Positions 45,401 through 51,459 of a DNA stretch of 64,000 nt are shown here, in pieces. The notes under the pieces were generated by a model, which saw nothing but the letters and a program-made list of their open reading frames with translations, was not told the DNA's origin and ran no database searches. Position 1 is the stretch's first letter; each line of letters opens with the position of its first letter. Both the position numbers and the translations under genes were made by a program. The DNA lies in IMG/VR virus record IMGVR_UViG_3300030514_000035, positions 51,027 through 115,026 of that record; one strand, 5' to 3'. The DNA comes from a virus.

Positions 45401-47746
45401 CTGTGCTCTCATATTACCAAAGTTTAGCGATATGGTCTTAATAGCAGTACCAATACGCTCACCGCCCATTCGAGTCGCTTCTTGCGCACCAGTAATCATA
45501 CCAGTTAAGTCATTGAATGATACTCCAGCATCCTTTGCAGTCCCTGCGGAACGCATGTATGCCTTACCTAACTCTTCCATTTCAATGGCGTTTTGGTTAG
45601 AGGTTTCATTCATTACGTTGATAACATCATTGGCTTCTAAGCCCTCTTTTTTAAATGCTTCCATAGGAATCGACATATATTTAACCATGTCGTCAGGACT
45701 GATATTACCTACGAAACTACCAACTAGAGATGTCTTTGCTAAGGCTTGAGAGTCTGTAAAGTTCTTACCAGCAGTTACCCACTTCTCTACAGCCATCATG
45801 TATTGGTCTGCAGTTACACCAAGCTGAGCGCCTGTGTCATAAGAAGTATCTTTAAACTTCTTCATGGTTTCTGAACCCATGTCAGCAACCTTGTTTACTT
45901 TCGTAAACGCCTCATCAACAAGTAATGAGTTCTTAAGAATCTCTCTGAATCCTTGTTCAAATCCAGCATATGTGCTATATGGATCAACCACACCGCCAGT
46001 ATTGCTAAAGCTTCTATCCTTATCCTTTGCATCTTGACGCAATCTGCTAAGACGAAGTTCTTCACTTTGCGCTTGTTTAATAGCGTTAATCTCTTCTCTT
46101 CTACTTGCAGTTAATTGCTTAGATGATGAGATTTCTCTTTCTAAAACACTAGCCTTTTCTCTTTCAGCACTTAACGCTCTTTCAATTACACCTGACTCAC
46201 GGACTCCTGAGAATTGAAGGTCACGCTGTAGTTGATTGATTCTTCTTAGACTATCTTCATAAGCCTTCATTTTAGAGTTGAAAGCATCTTGCTGAGCGTT
46301 GTTTTTAGCTACAGCTTGAACACGTTCCATATCTGTTTGATGAAGTCTTTCCATATAGCCAAGTTGTTCACGCAACTTATTACTTACAAGTCCTTGAGCC
46401 TCAGCATTGGTTCTGTTCTCATTTTGAATCTGCTTTGCAATTGCTAATGCTTTTTGTAGATTCTGTAGATTAGTATAGTCTCCCTCTTTAGAAGAGCCTC
46501 TAGATTGAATCTCATGAATCTTAAGTTGTAAGCTTTGAATCTCTTTTAAGTCTCGCTTCATTTGAGAAGCGTATTCTCTTTCAGCTTGACTTAGTCTCTG
46601 AGTAGCTTCAGCATCTGCTTTCTTAGCTTGAGCCTTTTCAACTTGCAACATTGCACTAGTTCTAATAGCATCAAGTTCTTCTCTTTGAGAAGCAGTCATT
46701 TTCTGAGTCAGATTATTGCTCTCACTAATCTTGGCTTGAATCTTATCATGATAGCCATACTCTTCTCTAAGAGCATTTAACTCATTGCCCTTGGCGTTAA
46801 CCATCTGAACAGCAAGTTGACTTTTCTTAGCTTCGAGTTGTGCTACTCTAGAAACAGCATTAGCAATTTCTTTCTCTTCGTTCGAGACTTCCTTGGCATA
46901 CATAGCTTGGTCTTTTAGACTTGCAACCAATTGTTGCGATCGCACAAGCGCCTGTGTGCTACCCTCGTCCATAGAGTTAGCCTTGTATTTAAGTTGATAC
47001 TCCTCTTGCAACATTGCTAACTGTTGCTTATGGATACCTAACTCTTTATTCATTAATGCAGTACTTTCTTTATCAGCAGACTTCATGCTCATTTCAAGTT
47101 GATGAATACGCTTAAGAGTATCTTCAATTTCTTTTAGAGCCTTCTCCTGATTAAGTGTTTCTGTTATGTCAATCATTCCATTTGGTTTCTGAGTAACAGT
47201 TCTAGAAACATCAGCGCCATCATTGTAAGTTGACTTAATGGTATTGGCATAACTACCATCTGCCATCTGTTTGCTAATTCGTTGAAGCTTAGCGACTTTC
47301 TCCATATTAGCGTCAATCAATTTACCTTGGTCTCTGTAGGCTTGTTGTGTCTTCCTAGCACTCGCATCCTGAAGCTTGTCAATATTCTTCATGTCTTGAA
47401 GGACATCTTTGAAAGCCTGATCCATATCCAAGCCAGCAACTTTAATCTTTAACTCACGATTCTTACTAAGTTCATGGTCAAGTTTTCTTAGTTCTGTTTG
47501 AAACTTATTGACAGCCTTGAAAGCCTCTGACATATCCGCAGACAACTTAATCTCTACAGCATTATCACTTAAGGCTTTTTTAATTTTGGCTCTCATTGAA
47601 GCCAAGCTTCGTTCATCTACGTCAACATTAACTTTTGCAGTGAAGTTCTTCTTAACAGAAGCCCACTTCTTAGCTAACTCTGCCTGTAGTTCACCGACAG
47701 TCTGAAACTCTACTTGTACTTCAATACCTATCTTATTACTTGGCAC
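39485..47746 (-). CDS. tape measure protein (2753 aa)
   Basis: Long helical/coiled-coil composition; TP901-like core (NETSNQNA...ELG.A..RS...A...GVSF..L..MITG..EATRMGGERIGTAIKTI); position in the tail module. Confidence 0.88.
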   Translation of the reverse strand: MPSNKIGIEVQVEFQTVGELQAELAKKWASVKKNFTAKVNVDVDERSLASMRAKIKKALSDNAVEIKLSADMSEAFKAVNKFQTELRKLDHELSKNRELKIKVAGLDMDQAFKDVLQDMKNIDKLQDASARKTQQAYRDQGKLIDANMEKVAKLQRISKQMADGSYANTIKSTYNDGADVSRTVTQKPNGMIDITETLNQEKALKEIEDTLKRIHQLEMSMKSADKESTALMNKELGIHKQQLAMLQEEYQLKYKANSMDEGSTQALVRSQQLVASLKDQAMYAKEVSNEEKEIANAVSRVAQLEAKKSQLAVQMVNAKGNELNALREEYGYHDKIQAKISESNNLTQKMTASQREELDAIRTSAMLQVEKAQAKKADAEATQRLSQAEREYASQMKRDLKEIQSLQLKIHEIQSRGSSKEGDYTNLQNLQKALAIAKQIQNENRTNAEAQGLVSNKLREQLGYMERLHQTDMERVQAVAKNNAQQDAFNSKMKAYEDSLRRINQLQRDLQFSGVRESGVIERALSAEREKASVLEREISSSKQLTASRREEINAIKQAQSEELRLSRLRQDAKDKDRSFSNTGGVVDPYSTYAGFEQGFREILKNSLLVDEAFTKVNKVADMGSETMKKFKDTSYDTGAQLGVTADQYMMAVEKWVTAGKNFTDSQALAKTSLVGSFVGNISPDDMVKYMSIPMEAFKKEGLEANDVINVMNETSNQNAIEMEELGKAYMRSAGTAKDAGVSFNDLTGMITGAQEATRMGGERIGTAIKTISLNFGNMRAQMTAGEKRKFNFFKDTLGIDLSEAKSMTDVVGQLAEKWDDMSVEERSTAKFYLAGKEHSNVLQGIIDQWDKVEQASKTAQNQMGQGIKGSAYKEFEVQQDSVRFKLAKLQNAWLEFTNKIGENGGILSKVMGALTDGLQVATDLMNNPAFMNVAKWLAIAVAIKAITNAGKRMTDVLTSGFRDYVARVTGAVNALKNLKKGTDDVNTSSRRLIDTNRDIARASQESARIQQASARETARVQQSGASAMIKAGKIQAGSQAKAPAVLKAPSTPEVRTVVYKANTEAVKKAQAEVTAGNKPVIRSVTWKADTRMVKKAQAEVTAGNKPVVRTLVYKADASAVRKAQGEVVRTNQAVAQSASATVTKTGLVKGAIKGLAGMIPIVGDALIMMEMMGIPVFETIGKGFKGLVNSADEARKAFEKTASEFEKSNAIINGSLDKNKAKLDGWQKQLANAKGSDLGQMGHEEFAKFQSDVNNTAKDLGLKIRLDINDTGEIQKVLDAIKNKLNGVKEVSTQKIAIQVGDSLSQIESLKNSLQQLKDQRDKLKNKESLLKDLLGEMDKNPAMKMSQDYRDLQGQLESTQSKLKGVNSDIKEQTSNLNETKSAMDGYVQSALAQGASFDSGNLKLSERKTLLDQMRQGQETLNDAVANGNLASKQFAESGTLTKTNWGMVKDLIPEIDSAFGTWSANEINHSKEAQNACKEIIQAYVEKGQMSAEAGQKAIDALSKEISKDEEAKKKKKEKGDAGKKAGNDSKAGSDKAKQGSDAEAQADEKAKKKKDEKGKAGKKSGNDSKAGSDKAKQGADQEASAHDKAGKKAQDKGKKGKQAGNDSKAGSDNAKRGADAEAKAHEQAGKKAQESGKKGKQAGNDSASGSKTSAQASGQAKSAHEKTGKAASEMGKKGKQAGNDTATGMNNGKRGADNAKKGLDGASSSARTLSKDAKDAGNKVKDIPSHKESKFTFKVFGIDLMDKVKSFFSGSYSKSGSISITKTEKTVKKDKSVSAKGISSNSISSANGIPVRGISSLATSANGTVKDNATSTTSTTPPAKVSEDVWRYWNKEDAVSKLDDAIKDLTRTLQWVGDDQSAQKKLYEQMIPLLRQQMTAYRSLQGAKDSEMNSTLNSLKKYGFNVNTSTNTISNLDHAKSLSGTKAEEAEKLLNTYHSLSSELITIGNNMSDITTQIFDTQEKIKKNNIAIELEKYDAVIKRIDALLTKVNNSDSIFAKRLEFIGSNDSELALITNEQAMAQAKGNMSSLISQFNSLSKATIGYEENGTALKASLDKLSTEILAQADAIVKYEQAINELEISRVTNDLNEFGTAVDSNVNKLKNNVTNLKDGLLSGTDFGDLASSKSTGLELGRNNIYEAVQKERINLEVEMQQALDAFAKKNIDRVKGVSNAELDITATKYNSMLKMQKDYTAGQTASYSQIVKTFDELAGVGKLDNSYTFITKLDNAFDALQAKQDKMKTQYEKDLASAKSQEAKDAVTNKFIINNMKLQEEYLQKSIQANNDAIAEYKNQLKDSTLTDDQFNKINTQIDTLEKENLDSQNAIKASVKERFDFEFSLLSEAMSKYDQYATDLTYAQNLISALGGDNFKAKGLVMDQMLDVEKARNKQLDTTLDSLNKQLSSYEEGSYEWNMINAQVTEYNKLLQASNLQLIEMNKNILKNSFDNTMNKVQKEMFDGKTIEDFKAYHDLWVTGLERELALEKMYGRIADLGTKNFDEKMALLDKQEKMSRYEMDYMNKQLDLIELQQKLENLSNERTVQTLKQNADGTWDWQYTANQGEIDKAQEELDNKQLEMETAQQQAREDYSTKLEAILTKAENGQYDSAEDFQSAINDLTEAYDSIVGDFPKIKDEYIKSLIDSYSEYIKENGDVINGNIPSTATPIYEGFSTELVKAFNDISKDIGETFANALISKLPNFGKATESSTSSKSVSINLDKVEFPNATDKDSIQEAILSLPQIALQKSKEKL
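42640..43190 (-). repeat. 117-bp (39-aa) tandem repeat x5 in the tape measure
   Basis: GNDS/GNDT codons recur at 42680, 42797, 42914, 43031, 43148. Confidence 0.9.
44365..44583 (-). repeat. 81-bp (27-aa) tandem repeat x~3 in the tape measure
   Basis: R(T/S)V.(Y/W)KA....VKKAQAEVTAGNKPV; anchors at 44447 and 44528. Confidence 0.85.
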
Positions 47747-47778
47747 TTACGCTAACACCACCTTGTTAATACTTTTGC

Positions 47779-48825
47779 TTAATCTTGTTTGTTTTTATTC
47801 TTTAATTGCTTAAGTTTCTCACGAATCTCAGCCTTCGATTTCGGTTTAACATAGTGCTTCTGAGTTGTAGAAATATCACTATGGTTCGCCATTTCCTGAG
47901 CCAGTGTTAAATCTCCTGTCTCATCTACAATCTTGTTAATTGCAGTTTTACGTAAGCAGTGAGGATGTAAGTCAGGCAATCCTAGGATCGTACCCATCTT
48001 TCTAACACGCATGTAAATTGAAGTCTGAGACATCTTATGATAAACACCATTTCTTTTAGCGACAAAAATTGCGTCACATTCAAGATTGTCCATCTCCTTA
48101 CGCATTTCTCTCCACTTGATTAACAAGTCTCTAGTTGATTCCTCAAAAGCGACCTCAACCATCTTTCCACGTTTCTCTCTGATATCTACGAACATCATGC
48201 TTTCTAAATCTAAAGAAGACCATGTCAGCTTAGAAATAGCACCATTTCTGTTTGCAGATTCAATAGCGATATGCCAAATCAGTAAGTCTTGAATATCAAA
48301 CTTTCTACCTTTTGGCTTTTCGTAATCCTCATGCATTACACGAGTGATGATGTCGATTTGCTCTTGATTTAAGAAGTAGTGATTAATGAGTTTTTCATCA
48401 TTAGCACCTTTCATTCTTTCAAGCTTTCTATCAAATGGATGAATATCTACTGGAACACCCTTACGTTGTACAGCCCAATGGAAGTAACTAGATACAGCAG
48501 ATAACTTTGTGTTAATTACCTTCTTGTTATTTCCAAGTTCATCTTGTAAGAATCCAATGTATCCTTCCATGATTTCAACAGCATTTTCTAAGTACTCTTC
48601 ATCATGAATGCTGATGTTCTCCCACTCTTCCATTAGGTATACCAAGAACTGATTGAAGTAGTTTTGGTAAACTTTATAAGTAGTTTCTTTAACATCTCTA
48701 TTCTTGATAATTCTTGATTTCAAATACTTGTCATAAGACTTAACGCTTTCTTCGTTAACTTTAGCAAGCTTATCTTTAGTAAAATAGCGTTTATACTGAC
48801 GCTTTTGTTCTGCCACTTTCTTCAC
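47779..48825 (-). CDS. tyrosine recombinase (XerC/D-like) in the tail module
   Basis: ANRNG (Arg), K, HPHCLRK (HxxR), ANHSDISTTQKHY (His, Tyr). Confidence 0.88.
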   Translation of the reverse strand: MKKVAEQKRQYKRYFTKDKLAKVNEESVKSYDKYLKSRIIKNRDVKETTYKVYQNYFNQFLVYLMEEWENISIHDEEYLENAVEIMEGYIGFLQDELGNNKKVINTKLSAVSSYFHWAVQRKGVPVDIHPFDRKLERMKGANDEKLINHYFLNQEQIDIITRVMHEDYEKPKGRKFDIQDLLIWHIAIESANRNGAISKLTWSSLDLESMMFVDIREKRGKMVEVAFEESTRDLLIKWREMRKEMDNLECDAIFVAKRNGVYHKMSQTSIYMRVRKMGTILGLPDLHPHCLRKTAINKIVDETGDLTLAQEMANHSDISTTQKHYVKPKSKAEIREKLKQLKNKNKQD

Positions 48826-48862
48826 CTCTTATGGTTTATTAGCCACAAGAAGCCTCCTTAAA

Positions 48863-49363
48863 TTACACAGATACCACATTCCAACCTTGACTTCTTAGTG
48901 AACTAGCCAATGCTACAGCTAGTTCTCCACCACTTAAATCAAAGTAAGCATCCTCCATATAATGAGCGCCCTCACGATCAAATAATGAACCACTTGTTCC
49001 TTCTTCAACCCATAGTGGAATGTATTCACTAACATCTATACTAAACGCATCTGCGTGAGCATTCCATCCACCATAGCCATGTGTTCCATTTCTTATCTGA
49101 GGGTTGATTTTCCCTGTATCCATGTAAATCTCAAATGTTGCATATTTATATCCAATACTGAGATTTCCTATAGTTACACTATTCAACAGGTCAAATGTTC
49201 TATCGTAGGCTTCATCCCCTTGAGGGATATAAGCCTCGTATACATTCTTGCGAATATACTCTTGAACAACATCCATGCAGATTGCTGTTACCTTGGTTTC
49301 AATTGCAGTCATGATAGAACTTTTAAGGTGTCCTTGGAGTGCAGAGACAGTTTTAAATCTCAT
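48863..49363 (-). CDS. tail completion / morphogenesis protein (putative)
   Basis: Position; RTFDLLNSV pattern. Confidence 0.55.
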   Translation of the reverse strand: MRFKTVSALQGHLKSSIMTAIETKVTAICMDVVQEYIRKNVYEAYIPQGDEAYDRTFDLLNSVTIGNLSIGYKYATFEIYMDTGKINPQIRNGTHGYGGWNAHADAFSIDVSEYIPLWVEEGTSGSLFDREGAHYMEDAYFDLSGGELAVALASSLRSQGWNVVSV

Positions 49364-50049
49364 TATTTATCAAACTCATCCTTAGTTACACGCTGACTAA
49401 TTTCCCCTGCAGTAACTGTAATTTGAGCCTCTGCTGTTTTTACTCTACTAGCTAAGTCTGCAATATCACTTGCGTTAGCCTTTAGATTGATAACCTCTTC
49501 AACCTTTTCAGCAAGTTCTTCTTGACTGTTTGCGTTCTCTACTGCTTCATCTAATTCTCTTGAAGCTTCATCTACTTTGCGTACAAACTCGTGATCCCCA
49601 TTGCGCATAGCCTGTTCTACCATTAATGTTGGAATTTGAGAGATTAACTCAGCTTGAGATAATACACTTTCTGCACTTGCGATTTCTGTTTTGATTTTTT
49701 CAGCGTATAACTTGTTTACATCTGAGATGATTTGAGCAATCATGTTCTGAGCGATTAACAAATGAACAGATGGATTGTCAATAATTTTGCTTAATTCTTC
49801 GTCTGAAACGTCTGAAAAATCGATGTTTGTTAACAATGGGAAGAAATGTTTCACTACTGTAATTGCATCAAATACTACTGTGGCATCTTCTCCGAAGTCT
49901 ACACCCTCTTGTCGTTGGATATCAATTAGAGCGTCTGCCACTTCTAGTGTAGGCTCGTAAATCTCAATCTTTCCTGTTGGCGTATTAATGTAATCTCGTA
50001 CCTTCTTTTCTTCTTTAGGTACTGTTAAATTTGAAATGTGAATTGCCAA
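49363..50049 (-). CDS. putative tail assembly chaperone with a C-terminal fibre-type repeat
   Basis: Position upstream of the tape measure; ends RVKTAEAQITVTAGEISQRVTKDEFDK. Confidence 0.55.
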   Translation of the reverse strand: MAIHISNLTVPKEEKKVRDYINTPTGKIEIYEPTLEVADALIDIQRQEGVDFGEDATVVFDAITVVKHFFPLLTNIDFSDVSDEELSKIIDNPSVHLLIAQNMIAQIISDVNKLYAEKIKTEIASAESVLSQAELISQIPTLMVEQAMRNGDHEFVRKVDEASRELDEAVENANSQEELAEKVEEVINLKANASDIADLASRVKTAEAQITVTAGEISQRVTKDEFDK

Positions 50050-50104
50050 TTTGCTTCACTCCTTATTATTTGTCAATACTTTTGCTTAATATTGCCTTAT
50101 TATT

Positions 50105-50133
50105 ATAATAACAGAATGAGAGATAGATGTCAA
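50105..50133 (-). promoter_or_regulatory. sigmaA promoter whose -35 is the loop of a hairpin
   Basis: Minus strand TTGACA-17-TATTAT with TG. Confidence 0.65.
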
Positions 50134-50146
50134 TATCTATCTCTCA
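50117..50146 (-). terminator. perfect 12-bp stem-loop downstream of the holin
   Basis: tgagagatagat-gtcaat-atctatctctca. Confidence 0.6.
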
Positions 50147-50176
50147 ACTTTTTAATAAAATCTGAGTTTTATTAAA

Positions 50177-50704
50177 TTATTGTTTCTTGTCAGTCTCGAA
50201 CTTTCCATCTTTATTCAACTTCGCTTCATCTCCACCTTTGCCTTGAAATACAGCAAGGCGATCGATTATAGCTTGTGGAATTGGAACACCCATTTGCGCC
50301 AAGTTTTCAAGTACACTACTTCCTTCAACAAAAATGTAGAACCAAACAGCAATAGTACGTAGGATTGGAGCGTCTTCGGGCATAAGTTTATCAAACTGTG
50401 TTGCAAGTACGATTACGATAAAGTAGCCAAATTTTGTAGCAAAACCTTGTCGCATTCTCTTACTTGAGAATTCCTTTGTGTGAATACCTTTAATAATTCC
50501 TGTTAGCATATCTAAGACAACACATGTGATAAACACTTGGAAGGCTGTGTCCCAACCTCCAAACAACGCTGTTAACCCTGTCATACCGCCTGTAAATAAC
50601 AGAGGCAAGCTGTCTAAATGTTCTTGCTTAAAATAGCTGAATAGTACTTTCAATGGTGACACCCTTTCATTATGAATTTGCGTCATAATGATTTCCAGTG
50701 TCAT
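50177..50704 (-). CDS. holin (toxin-secretion/phage lysis holin family)
   Basis: LFGGWD....F...VVLDMLTG, SS..MRQG..K, FY...EG.S.LENL...GVPIP. Confidence 0.88.
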   Translation of the reverse strand: MTLEIIMTQIHNERVSPLKVLFSYFKQEHLDSLPLLFTGGMTGLTALFGGWDTAFQVFITCVVLDMLTGIIKGIHTKEFSSKRMRQGFATKFGYFIVIVLATQFDKLMPEDAPILRTIAVWFYIFVEGSSVLENLAQMGVPIPQAIIDRLAVFQGKGGDEAKLNKDGKFETDKKQ

Positions 50705-50724
50705 CCAATTCCCTTAACTCTCTG

Positions 50725-50753
50725 ATTATACCATATATCTATATTTATATCAA
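50725..50753 (-). promoter_or_regulatory. sigmaA promoter of the holin; -35 within a motif copy
   Basis: Minus strand TTGATA-17-TATAAT. Confidence 0.7.
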
Positions 50754-50773
50754 TACTTTTGTTCAATATATTT

Positions 50774-51394
50774 TTACACAGTAGTATCAGGAGTTTCTGT
50801 AGGAATTCCTTCTTCAATGGGAGTTTCGTCTACTGGAGTTTCAACATTTTCTTCTGAATTATTTTCTTCAGGAATAGTTTCCTCTTCTGTCGGAGTTTCT
50901 TCAACATCTTCTTCTTTTCCAATATTAAGAACCTCCTCATGTGAAGTAGCATCCATAACTGCTTTCTTAAGCATGTCATACTTAAAGATAAGAGCCTCTT
51001 TGTTCTGCATGCATTCATAAAACACCTTAATCCACTCTTCTCTAGTATGGTCAACGAACCCTGCGTCCTCCGTCTTCCACTTAACAATCTGTGCGTCAGG
51101 ATGATCGTTAAGGTATTCTTTTCTTCCTAGCATGTTTGTTTGGTCATCACGATTTGTTCTGTATATATGACCATTTGAAGCAGTGATACCTTCAAGTATT
51201 TTCTCTTCACATTCTTCTCTTAACTGTTCAGTTCTAAGGTTCTTATGATAGTCTAGAATATACTCTTCTGTTATTTGCTCCATAGGCACTCCCTCATTAC
51301 TAGCAAGATAAACGATGATATTATTCTTTTCATAGATAGAGAGGGCATCAAAGCCCTTCTCCACTATTAATTTATCCAATGGATTTGTAATCAC
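50774..51394 (-). CDS. tail-fibre-associated protein (DUF4376-like) with an acidic tail
   Basis: Follows the fibre gene; LREECEEKILEG...YRTNRDDQTNM...WKTED pattern. Confidence 0.55.
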   Translation of the reverse strand: MITNPLDKLIVEKGFDALSIYEKNNIIVYLASNEGVPMEQITEEYILDYHKNLRTEQLREECEEKILEGITASNGHIYRTNRDDQTNMLGRKEYLNDHPDAQIVKWKTEDAGFVDHTREEWIKVFYECMQNKEALIFKYDMLKKAVMDATSHEEVLNIGKEEDVEETPTEEETIPEENNSEENVETPVDETPIEEGIPTETPDTTV

Positions 51395-51417
51395 TTATTC
51401 ATTCTCCCTTCTTTTTC

Positions 51418-51446
51418 ATTTTACATCAAATGTTATTCTATATCAA
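51418..51446 (-). promoter_or_regulatory. sigmaA promoter; -35 within a motif copy
   Basis: Minus strand TTGATA-17-TAAAAT. Confidence 0.6.
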
Positions 51447-51459
51447 TACTTTTGCTTAA

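Larger units (their letters stand above)
488..50174. repeat. dispersed 22-bp palindrome TAATAAAA-N6-TTTTATTA, 4 intergenic copies
   Basis: 488-509 (1 mismatch), 11034-11055 (perfect arms), 22292-22313 (2 mismatches), 50153-50174 (perfect arms). Confidence 0.65.
32433..51458 (-). promoter_or_regulatory. directional ~17-bp repeated motif, minus-strand copies
   Basis: Reverse-complement copies at 32433, 35204, 47764, 50071, 50748, 51441 (intergenic or gene-boundary) and 37589 (inside a CDS). Confidence 0.88.

Noticed and set aside
47779-48825. Prophage integrase marking a prophage boundary
   Set aside because: It is embedded in the tail operon with phage genes on both sides; no host genes or att-like repeats were seen.
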